This document shows positions 9,171-17,887 of a DNA stretch of 64,000 bases, piece by piece. The DNA is from Flavobacteriales bacterium (GTDB lineage: Bacteria > Bacteroidota > Bacteroidia > NS11-12g > UBA955). Where the stretch lies: contig NSIM01000001.1 of assembly GCA_002737705.1 (NCBI GenBank), positions 66,472 to 130,471 on the forward strand, in the 5' to 3' direction. The first letter of the stretch is position 1. Each line of letters starts with the position of its first letter. The translations under genes and the position numbers were made by a program. The notes below the pieces were generated by a model. It did not search any database and was not told the origin of the DNA. It saw only the letters and a program-made list of their open reading frames with translations.

Positions 9171-10340
9171 GTGAGAAGGATTTTTATGCTGTTCATGGGC
9201 TACGGTATTCTTGTAAATCTGCTGTTTGCCCAGGTCCCTAAAATTGGGTCTGACACCACACTGGATATTGCACAATGGAATATTGAGTGGTTTGGTGATA
9301 GCCTTAATGGGCCGAATAACGAGGCAGTCCAACTCAAAAATGCCAGCAATGTCCTATTGGAAATGCAAATGGATATTTATTCTCTTTGCGAGATATCGAA
9401 TCCGGGTTATTGGCAAATGCTCCAAAAAAAATTACCCGAGTATGGTGCTGTAATTACTTCCTATTCCCAATCCCAGAAAACAGCCCTTTTATACCGCAAG
9501 TCGATGTTCCGTCTCTTGTACAGCAAATCAATATTGTTGGCGTTTGATTATGAATTTGCGGGTGGTCGTTTTCCGTTGGAGGTGGCATTGGAAAGCCAAT
9601 GGGGAAAGAAAAAAGATACCTTGTACTTTTGGGTTATTCATTTAAAAGCCAATACGGGCAGTAATTCTGAAAAGATAAGTGCCTACAATCGCAGGCAAAA
9701 AGCCGCAGAAGAACTCAAAAACTACACCGATTCCAAAAAGGGGCTGAAAGGATTTATAATGGGTGATTGGAATGATGATTTGGATGTTTCGATTGTTTCG
9801 GGAAAAGAAAGTCCTTTTTTGGTGTGGCGCAATGATTCGGATTACCTGTTTCCAAGTTATCGTCTGAGTCTTGAAAAACAAAAAAGCACGGCTGCTTATT
9901 CAGAAATGATAGACCATATATGTGTATCCAAAGCCATAAAGCAAAATTATTTGCCAAAGCAAAGTGGTATTATGGTTGGTGACAGCTATATAGCCAGTTA
10001 CCGTTACAATACGTCAGACCATTATCCAGTTTGGGCAAAATTCTCGATGGATTTGTCTCTTAGTGCCAATGTTACTTCTGTCGACCCGCAGGCATTTTCT
10101 TTTGTAGCAGATGATTATCTCTTTTGGAGTGGAAAGCAATGGGAATGGAAATTACACAAGCCATTTTTGCACAATACAATGTTGATGGATGGCATTAGCC
10201 AGGTTTTTAGTGCCGATGGAAAGAGGTTGTTCAGGGGTAATATCCTAGAGTATATCCCGCAATCTCCAGGGGTATATTATTTTGTAATTCAATTAAGCAC
10301 AGGGAAAATGTATCACCAAAAAATGATGTGGGTAGAGTGA
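9171..10340 (+). CDS. secreted endonuclease/exonuclease/phosphatase (EEP) family protein with T9SS C-terminal sorting domain
   Basis: Signal peptide (MLFMGYGILVNLLFAQ). EEP hallmarks (IAQWNIEWF, HLKAN, SDHYPVWAKF). The last ~80 aa (YIPQSPGVYYFVIQLSTGKMYHQKMMWVE) resemble a Por-secretion tail. Confidence 0.7.
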   Translation: MRRIFMLFMGYGILVNLLFAQVPKIGSDTTLDIAQWNIEWFGDSLNGPNNEAVQLKNASNVLLEMQMDIYSLCEISNPGYWQMLQKKLPEYGAVITSYSQSQKTALLYRKSMFRLLYSKSILLAFDYEFAGGRFPLEVALESQWGKKKDTLYFWVIHLKANTGSNSEKISAYNRRQKAAEELKNYTDSKKGLKGFIMGDWNDDLDVSIVSGKESPFLVWRNDSDYLFPSYRLSLEKQKSTAAYSEMIDHICVSKAIKQNYLPKQSGIMVGDSYIASYRYNTSDHYPVWAKFSMDLSLSANVTSVDPQAFSFVADDYLFWSGKQWEWKLHKPFLHNTMLMDGISQVFSADGKRLFRGNILEYIPQSPGVYYFVIQLSTGKMYHQKMMWVE

Positions 10341-10638
10341 TTTAATTGCAAAGTGAAGAAACTCCTCCTTGGACAGGCTGGCAATAGACAAATCCCAACG
10401 CAATTGTGAATCATCTGTTTCAGGGCCCCATCCTCAGCCACCATATGGGTTCAATCCAGGTAGTGGAAGCCCATGTTTTGGGGTAGAATAGGATGGTTTG
10501 TTTTTGGGCAACCATGCCTTGTGTTGAAAGAGGTAACTCCAAAACGCGCCAAGCAAAGGTATTTCTAAACCCAGCCCTGTTCCAGAGGAACAAAACAATT
10601 AAACCCAGCCAGTCCTCGATCGAGTGCTTTTAAATCAT

Positions 10639-11874
10639 TTAATCCGCCACAATTCTAGACCGAAACACAAGGTCTTTTTCATCGCATACTTCAATCCAGT
10701 ATATACCCATCTGCAAAACAGGGATGTGAATAGTTGGATTTAGGGGATCAAAAGCAATGTCTGTATGGTAAACCTTTTGTCCTTGGGCATTGTTAATCGT
10801 ACAAAATACCCTTGAATGCGTTTTCGCAGACAATCCCCCAATGACCCAGCCCGTACTACTGGGATTTGGCCATATGTGGAGCACAGTCTCATTGGGTTTT
10901 TCTATCACTGAGGTAGAACCAGTATAGGTTGTAACGGTTTCAGTGGGGCTATTGTGTCCGCTTCCTGGACCCATATTTCCCGCGGTTACCATCCCGTAAT
11001 AACTGGTGTATGGGACATAGGGAAATGAAGGAATGTGCTTTTCATCAAGGGTCGCAAAATAGCAATAAATTCCATTGGGGTAATCTGGGGTTATGCAGAA
11101 TCGTCCGTTGCGTTTATCCAAATCTCCGGATCCATCTACAAATTCATAATCTTCCATATAACATCCCAAAGGGTAGCTTGGACCAATTGCAGGACCATTG
11201 GTTCTTGTGACCATGGATTTGAGTTTGAAGCTACTACGCATCAATCTGATGGCTCCTTGGCCATTTGTTTTGGCATATGCACAGGCACCATATATTGGAA
11301 AGCCGTCAAATGCATATCCGATGATTGGACTATGGTGCATGGTATCGTTATGGTTGTATAAACATTTTGGGCTCACGTGGTGGTGGTATTCTCCATTTGG
11401 CGCCGGATGTCCAAGGCAGGTGTCAAAACTTGGACCTTCCCAATAATAAGCGTTTCGGTTCCACACTTTTTGGTTTAAATAGCTTTGCGCATCTGAAGCA
11501 TTAAAAATACTTACGCCGTTGCTAAATACGCCAATATGACCACCTCCAATGGCTGTTGGATTCCCTAAATTTACGACTGGTTTACGGGTGATTTTAAATT
11601 GAAAATTTTGATTCGCAGGGGTATTCGGGTTGCCTTTCCAAGGGCCGATATCATAACCGGGGATACATGCCGCAGTGATATATATAAAATTGTCAGAGTA
11701 TTGTACTTTTTGAACATTAGACAGAATGCCTGCATACCCTTTGGCTGTTCCGGGATTTAGTATCCAACTGCTCAGTTCTGGTTGGGCAAAGGACAATTTT
11801 ACTCCGCCCATGAACAAGATGAGAAACAGTAAATAAATTCTTGAATTAAGCAGTGTAGAAGATCTTAGTATCAT
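10639..11874 (-). CDS. secreted YHYH-motif protein with T9SS C-terminal sorting domain
   Basis: Signal peptide, central GEYHHHVSPKCLYN (YHYH family) block, C-terminal LHIWPNPSSTGWVIGG...IYWIEVCDEK Por-tail-like β-sandwich. Confidence 0.7.
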   Translation of the reverse strand: MILRSSTLLNSRIYLLFLILFMGGVKLSFAQPELSSWILNPGTAKGYAGILSNVQKVQYSDNFIYITAACIPGYDIGPWKGNPNTPANQNFQFKITRKPVVNLGNPTAIGGGHIGVFSNGVSIFNASDAQSYLNQKVWNRNAYYWEGPSFDTCLGHPAPNGEYHHHVSPKCLYNHNDTMHHSPIIGYAFDGFPIYGACAYAKTNGQGAIRLMRSSFKLKSMVTRTNGPAIGPSYPLGCYMEDYEFVDGSGDLDKRNGRFCITPDYPNGIYCYFATLDEKHIPSFPYVPYTSYYGMVTAGNMGPGSGHNSPTETVTTYTGSTSVIEKPNETVLHIWPNPSSTGWVIGGLSAKTHSRVFCTINNAQGQKVYHTDIAFDPLNPTIHIPVLQMGIYWIEVCDEKDLVFRSRIVAD

Positions 11875-12068
11875 CAGTGGGATTCAGTGTTTTTCCCTTT
11901 TTTATTGGCGGAGTTATGGGAGGCAGTGAACAAAGTGGAACTTAAAAGTGATTCGTTGTGGGGAGTTTCTACGCGTAATTGGGTTTTCCGTCTACAAACA
12001 TAATGGCAGTAGTTTACAAAGCAATGGGAACGGGGATATGTGACATAATTATGGCAAATCGCCAATCA

Positions 12069-13319
12069 TTAGGCCAGTTCAAATACAGTAATTTCTGGAA
12101 AAATACCCATGCGACCGGGATATCCCAGATAACCAAAACCGCGGTTTACATAAAGGTGCTGATTATTTTCAGTATACAGATCCATCCATTCTTTGTAAAT
12201 TAACTTCACAGGACTCCAGCGATAAAATTTGGTATCGATGCCAAATTGCATGCCATGGGTATGGCCAGAGAAGGTTGCAGCGATATTTTTTTGCTTCCGC
12301 AATACTTGTTCACGCCAATGGGAAGGATCATGGCTCAACAACAATGTAACCGTATTTTTGGGAGCCAATGTTAGGGCTTTTTCAAGGTTTCCATATTTTG
12401 GAAATCTTGCTTTAGTGCTCCAATTTTGAACGCCTACTATACATAGTTTTTCGCCTTCTTTCTCAATAACCCGGTGTTCATCAAGTAGGATGTCCCATCC
12501 CAATTTTTTGTGATACCCTATCAAATCATCGAGATTTTTTGTTTTGGCTTCTGGGCTTGGCCATGTCACATAATCGCCATAGTCGTGGTTACCGAGAATA
12601 CTAAATACACCCATTGGAGCCTGTATTTGAGAAAATACATCCATCCAAGGAACAATTTCATCGGAGCGATCATTAACCAAATCTCCAGTAAAGAAAATGA
12701 TATCAGCTTGTTGCTCTTGTATCAACTGCACCCCGCGTTTAACCGCTTCTTTATCCCAAAAACTTCCCGAATGGATGTCGGAAATTTGTACAATTTTAAG
12801 TCCTTTGAATACATCAGGCAAACCCGTCAGGGGCAATTTTTTGCGGTGTATTGTATAGTTATGGGCACCCTTCACTATGCCCCAAATCGCAGTTCCAATA
12901 AAAGCCATCCCAATTCCCAATCCTGTATAATGCAGAAATTTAAGTCTGCTGATTCCGGGAGGTTTTTCTAATGCAGTTTCGATAGGAGAGAAAAAGTATT
13001 GAAAAACCCATCGAAACAGACGGATGATATCATCCAAAAGCAAGAAAAAAATCCAGCATAATTTGGCGATTACTATCGCAAAAACGATACTCGAAATTAA
13101 TTTTATCGTTTGAGGAGCAGGCGAAATACATTGAAAACGATACAGCATAAAAAAAATGAAAACGGCAACCGCATAACCCCAATACACAAATTTTAGAATG
13201 CTTTTAGAACGGGTTGGCCAATTAAAAATCAAGGTTTTTACACCTTGCCAAACATAACAATCTATTGCAAAAAAGAAGAGTGAAAAAAATAGGAATCCAA
13301 TAAGTTGTCCTTTAAACAT
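12069..13319 (-). CDS. membrane-anchored metallophosphoesterase (calcineurin-like)
   Basis: About 5 N-terminal TM helices, then MPP motifs ISDIHSG, GDLVNDRSDE, GNHDYGDY, SGHTHGMQ. Confidence 0.75.
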   Translation of the reverse strand: MFKGQLIGFLFFSLFFFAIDCYVWQGVKTLIFNWPTRSKSILKFVYWGYAVAVFIFFMLYRFQCISPAPQTIKLISSIVFAIVIAKLCWIFFLLLDDIIRLFRWVFQYFFSPIETALEKPPGISRLKFLHYTGLGIGMAFIGTAIWGIVKGAHNYTIHRKKLPLTGLPDVFKGLKIVQISDIHSGSFWDKEAVKRGVQLIQEQQADIIFFTGDLVNDRSDEIVPWMDVFSQIQAPMGVFSILGNHDYGDYVTWPSPEAKTKNLDDLIGYHKKLGWDILLDEHRVIEKEGEKLCIVGVQNWSTKARFPKYGNLEKALTLAPKNTVTLLLSHDPSHWREQVLRKQKNIAATFSGHTHGMQFGIDTKFYRWSPVKLIYKEWMDLYTENNQHLYVNRGFGYLGYPGRMGIFPEITVFELA

Positions 13320-13534
13320 ATATTCTTTCTGTTGGGATTTGCAAAGGTAGTTTACTTAACATTCATTGGCTTTTATTGTTTGCTCAAAATTCAGTATAAT
13401 CAGGGTTAATAAGTAGTTTGGATTGGTAAGCGATGGGTTCTATGGTGGCTGAAAATTCTGGTTCAATTATTTTTATGGCCCACTAACAACCTTTACAATT
13501 TGTTCAGGCTATCTAAAAGACGTAATTTCGATAA

Positions 13535-16500
13535 ATGAGAAGAAATTATAATGGGATTCAAAATATAAAGGGTTCGACCCCAAGACGCAATCTTGGTAGT
13601 TTTTGTCGTATATTTCTTACGCGGTATATAGTTTTTACGGTTGCTGCATTTTGCTTTGTTGGTGTTTTGGGTATTCAATCCCTATGTTCCCAGGACGGTT
13701 CTTGGGGGAAAATTGATTCTACCCATAAAAACAAATCTGTGAATAAAACGCCTTTGGCTTCTCCTTTGAAAACGGCCGAATCTAAAGAACCGATTTTGGT
13801 CAATATAAACAAGCAACAAACTTTGTTTCAACTGATGGCGCTTATCCCCAAACGAAATATAGGTCCAGCTGCAATGAGTGGAAGAATCACTTCTCTTGCA
13901 ATGCCTCGATACGGTGCATTGGGGTCTATTAATCGCAATATCATTTATGCAGGTACTGCCAGTGGGGGGGTTTGGAAAAGCTTGAATGGGGGTATAGCAT
14001 GGTCACCTATTTTTGATGATATGGATGTACAAAGTATCGGTTCTGTTGCCGTAGACCCTACCAATGCATCGATAGTTTGGGTTGGAACGGGTGAGGGAAA
14101 TCCCAGAAATAGCCACAACAGTGGGAAAGGGATATACCGCAGTATCGATGCTGGTAAAACATGGAAATGTATGGGTCTAGAGGGAACAAAAACCCTGCAT
14201 AGAATCATCATCAATCCACACAATAACCAACAAATTTGGGCCGCTGCAATGGGCAGTATCTGGGGTTCTAGCAATGAAAGAGGGGTGTATCGATCCAATA
14301 ATGGGGGTGAGACCTGGACCAAAATATTGTTTGTTAATAGCACGACTGGTTGTGCTGAATTGGTAATCGATCCAGAAAATCCCCAAAAAATATACGCTGC
14401 CATGTATGATTATGTGCGCAAGCCATGGACCTACAGGAGTGGTGGACCCGGTAGTGGCTTATATATTACTATGGATGCTGGTGTATCCTGGAAAAGGGTA
14501 TCAGAAAAAGACGGCTTTCCAAAGGGAGAATTGGGACGCATCGGATTGGCGGTGTCGGCATCCCAACCCAATCGGGTGTATGCCATTGTGGAAGCAAAAG
14601 AATCGGCGATTTATACCAGCAATGATGGAGGGGCCAATTGGGCCAAAACAAGTTCTGAGGCCAATGCGGGTAACCGCCCTTTTTATTATTCGGAGTTGTA
14701 TGTTCACCCCCGCAATGAAAACCGTGTATACAGTATTTGGAGTCAAATTTCTCGTAGTGAAGATGCCGGAAAACATTGGGATATACTGGCAGACTGGGGC
14801 CATATTCATCCTGATCACCATGCATTTTTTATTCACCCTGACGACCCCAATTATATTATCAATGGAAATGATGGAGGATTGAATATTTCCTATGATGGAG
14901 GTGAAACTTGGCGCTATGCTGAGAATATTCCTGTTGGCCAATTTTACCACGTAGATGTTGACAACCAAGAGCCGTATAATGTGTATGGGGGTTTGCAAGA
15001 CAATGGAAGTTGGATGGGACCTGCCTATCATTGGATTTATGGTGGCATTCGCAATAGTGAGTGGCAAGAGGTAATGTTTGGGGATGGATTTGATGTTTCG
15101 GCTATTCCTGGAACCAAAGATGAGGGATATGCCATGTCGCAGGGGGGGGAGCTCCATAAATTTAATTTGCGTGAGCACAGCAATCAGTTTATCAAACCAC
15201 AACATCCTGAAGGCAAGCCTTTAAGATTTAATTGGAATGCAGCTTTGGCTATCGATCCAGAAAATCCCAATGGACTGTTTTATGGCAGTCAGTATGTGCA
15301 TTACAGCCCCGACCAAGGCAGAACATGGCAAATCATTTCCCCAGACCTTAGCACCAACGATACGGCTAAACAGCACCAAGCCCTGAGCGGAGGCTTAACA
15401 ATTGATGCAACAGGGGCAGAAAATCACTGCACAATTTTGGCCATTGCACCCTCTCCTGGTGATAAAAATGTTATCTGGGTAGGGACCGATGATGGCAATG
15501 TTCAGTTAAGCAAAGACGGGGGGAAAAATTGGGAAAATGTAGCATTGAATATGCCCGGGAAACCCCAAAATGCATGGGTACCCTATCTTTGGGTTAGGCC
15601 ATCTAGTAAAGGAATCTCCCATTCAGCAGAGTGTTGGGTTGTGTTGAACAATTACAGACAGAATGATTGGTCTTCTTATGTATATAAAACACTCGATTAT
15701 GGAAAATCATGGAAAAGAATAGTTTCGGATGAATCTAGCCCTTTGACTGTGGGTGCTAACAATTCCAAATCCAATAGTACCCCAAAACCAATCAAAGAGG
15801 GGGGAGAAAATATAAAGGGTTATGTCTTGAGTGTTTTGCCAGATACCGAATCACCCAATTTGGTTTTTTTGGGAACGGATCATGGGCTTTGGGTGAGCAT
15901 AAATGGGGGAGAAACATGGAACAAATGGAAGAAATTTCCGTCTGTTCCAGTGGCAGATATGAAAATTCAATCGCGAGAAAGAGATTTGGTCTTGGGAACA
16001 TTTGGACGGGGGATTTGGGTATTTGACGATATTTCAACCTTGCGAAATTTGGCAGCAGGAACAATACCCAAGAAAGAATTACAGATTTTAAATGCGGGCA
16101 AGGGGGTGCTGGTCCATTTTACACAACCTGTAGGATCGAGATTTTCTGCCGATGAATCTTGGGTTGCCCCAAACAAAGCTTTTGGAGTGCAAATTGACTT
16201 ATATGTTATTGGAAAGAAGGATGAAACCAGCCAAGATTGGAAGAAAATTGATTGCACAGGAAGGGTTTTCAATGAAGCCAATCAATTGATACGCACCCAT
16301 AAATTTTCTTTTGACAGCACAGGGTTTTACCGTATCGCTTGGCCAATGGTTCAGGATGGATTTTTATGGCCCTCACACAATACCCCGAAAATCGATGAGG
16401 ATATTCCTGCAGGCCAATCGGTCATTCCCGGGAAATACAAGGTGCTCATTGGTACTATTGCAGGCAAATCTGATTCGGCTTGGGTGGAGGTGGTTGCACC

Positions 16501-16987
16501 GGAAAATTTGCCATTTAATGCCCTGGGGTATGCCCGAAAAAAACAACTGATGGATACCCTTAAAATGAGTATTCAAAGGGCTCGTTTTGCCTTCGAAGAC
16601 CTTAAAAATGCCGAGAAAGAAATCGACCAAGTATTTGCTGCAAAATATCAGGATGACAGCGCAATCGATCACCTGAAAAAATTTCAACAACCTTTAAAAG
16701 ACAGCATTTCAAACCTAAAATTATGCTATATGTTACCCAGCGATTATCGGCCCTACGAAGAAACCACAATTCGGTTAATGGATCGTCTGCAGACTGCCTA
16801 TTGGCTCATTGAGGGAAACGATATGCCGGCCGAAAATTGTGAATTTGCACTTAAAACGGCACAACGAGAAACCCTAACAGTGATCCAAAAAGTCGATTAT
16901 TTTTTTGAAAAGCAGTTTCAACTTTTTTTGGATGCAGTTGGAGAGGAGGATATTGCTCCTTTAGGCCGGAAATATATTCAATATTGA
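13535..16987 (+). CDS. large secreted BNR/Asp-box repeat protein (sortilin/VPS10-like β-propeller), glycosidase-like
   Basis: At least 8 Asp-box repeats (SIDAGKTW, SNNGGETW, SNDGGANW, SEDAGKHW, SYDGGETW, SPDQGRTW, SKDGGKNW, TLDYGKSW, SINGGETW). Hydrophobic signal-like segment near the N-terminus. The ~230 aa α-helical C-terminal region carries no Asp-boxes. Confidence 0.7.
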   Translation: MRRNYNGIQNIKGSTPRRNLGSFCRIFLTRYIVFTVAAFCFVGVLGIQSLCSQDGSWGKIDSTHKNKSVNKTPLASPLKTAESKEPILVNINKQQTLFQLMALIPKRNIGPAAMSGRITSLAMPRYGALGSINRNIIYAGTASGGVWKSLNGGIAWSPIFDDMDVQSIGSVAVDPTNASIVWVGTGEGNPRNSHNSGKGIYRSIDAGKTWKCMGLEGTKTLHRIIINPHNNQQIWAAAMGSIWGSSNERGVYRSNNGGETWTKILFVNSTTGCAELVIDPENPQKIYAAMYDYVRKPWTYRSGGPGSGLYITMDAGVSWKRVSEKDGFPKGELGRIGLAVSASQPNRVYAIVEAKESAIYTSNDGGANWAKTSSEANAGNRPFYYSELYVHPRNENRVYSIWSQISRSEDAGKHWDILADWGHIHPDHHAFFIHPDDPNYIINGNDGGLNISYDGGETWRYAENIPVGQFYHVDVDNQEPYNVYGGLQDNGSWMGPAYHWIYGGIRNSEWQEVMFGDGFDVSAIPGTKDEGYAMSQGGELHKFNLREHSNQFIKPQHPEGKPLRFNWNAALAIDPENPNGLFYGSQYVHYSPDQGRTWQIISPDLSTNDTAKQHQALSGGLTIDATGAENHCTILAIAPSPGDKNVIWVGTDDGNVQLSKDGGKNWENVALNMPGKPQNAWVPYLWVRPSSKGISHSAECWVVLNNYRQNDWSSYVYKTLDYGKSWKRIVSDESSPLTVGANNSKSNSTPKPIKEGGENIKGYVLSVLPDTESPNLVFLGTDHGLWVSINGGETWNKWKKFPSVPVADMKIQSRERDLVLGTFGRGIWVFDDISTLRNLAAGTIPKKELQILNAGKGVLVHFTQPVGSRFSADESWVAPNKAFGVQIDLYVIGKKDETSQDWKKIDCTGRVFNEANQLIRTHKFSFDSTGFYRIAWPMVQDGFLWPSHNTPKIDEDIPAGQSVIPGKYKVLIGTIAGKSDSAWVEVVAPENLPFNALGYARKKQLMDTLKMSIQRARFAFEDLKNAEKEIDQVFAAKYQDDSAIDHLKKFQQPLKDSISNLKLCYMLPSDYRPYEETTIRLMDRLQTAYWLIEGNDMPAENCEFALKTAQRETLTVIQKVDYFFEKQFQLFLDAVGEEDIAPLGRKYIQY

Positions 16988-17050
16988 TTCATTGGATTCT
17001 CAGTAGGCAAGTCTTCTGGTTTCAAACAATTACAGTATGGCAATCTGGTT

Positions 17051-17848
17051 TTATACTTGGAGGTAAAGCATGCCCGAACTCATGGCAATCATGAGGGCAT
17101 CTTCAATAATTGTTATATTACTCATGGGAAGATTAAACATATTTCCCAAACAAGCACATTGAATTTTTTCTTTGTTTAGAACGCTTTGCAAAACACCCGT
17201 AAGGCCAATTGTCATGACAATGAGTGTCGTTGCGTTTGTGATGAATGGATTGAAATTTATCAGAAAGGCAATGCCAAGCAACAACTCTATGAAAGGATAA
17301 ACATATCCGTATCCTCCCATTTTTTTTGCAATGATGTCATACATCGCATAGGTTTTGGCAAATGAGTGAATATCGAGGAGTTTAAAGAAAGAAAAGACAA
17401 TAAAGAAACCGGCCATGAAATATTGCATAAAAATCATCCATTGTATTGTATTTCCGGACCTACTTGTGAGCAAGGATATACCCGCAATAAATGCGAAAAT
17501 GATCAGCAGGGGCTTATAGGTTGCGAACCAACTTTTGGTTGAATTTTCAGGTGTTACTTGCGTGTCCATTATTGGACTGGGCGCCTCGGGAAATGGAGCT
17601 TTTGTTGGAGCAGACAATACATGGGTCAACGCTGGGCTTTTAAATGCAGAGATTGTGTATTTCCCATCTTGCCCAATTGCGTGTTGGAGATCATGTAGGG
17701 GTATACTTTTGTTCATGTCAATAACAACGCTCTTATTTTCTTTTGAGACAGACACTATTTCAACACCCGGCAAAGCAAGTAAAGCCGATTTAATCTTGGC
17801 TTCACAGTTGACACATGTCATCCCCAAAAGCGTATATGAGTGTTGCAT
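17051..17848 (-). CDS. HMA (heavy-metal-associated) domain fused to a 4-TM MauE/DoxX-like membrane domain
   Basis: N-terminal GMTCVNCEAKI ferredoxin-like metal-binding motif. C-terminal 4 predicted TM helices with a conserved QCACLG motif. Confidence 0.6.
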   Translation of the reverse strand: MQHSYTLLGMTCVNCEAKIKSALLALPGVEIVSVSKENKSVVIDMNKSIPLHDLQHAIGQDGKYTISAFKSPALTHVLSAPTKAPFPEAPSPIMDTQVTPENSTKSWFATYKPLLIIFAFIAGISLLTSRSGNTIQWMIFMQYFMAGFFIVFSFFKLLDIHSFAKTYAMYDIIAKKMGGYGYVYPFIELLLGIAFLINFNPFITNATTLIVMTIGLTGVLQSVLNKEKIQCACLGNMFNLPMSNITIIEDALMIAMSSGMLYLQV

Positions 17849-17887
17849 TTTTTTGCTAAAGATAGCATATCATTTATAAAACAAGGT

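Noticed and set aside
9021-9332. 103-aa minus-strand ORF overlapping the EEP gene start
   Set aside because: It overlaps the signal-peptide region of a well-supported gene, and no motif was recognised.
10448-10458. GGGTTCAATCC tRNA T-loop-like motif
   Set aside because: The flanks do not form a T-stem, acceptor stem or CCA context on either strand. It is at most a tRNA fragment, not a gene.
13945-15205. Two long minus-strand ORFs (152 and 234 aa) inside the BNR protein gene
   Set aside because: They are fully antisense to a gene with clear repeated Asp-box motifs. They carry no motifs, so they are typical antisense shadow ORFs.
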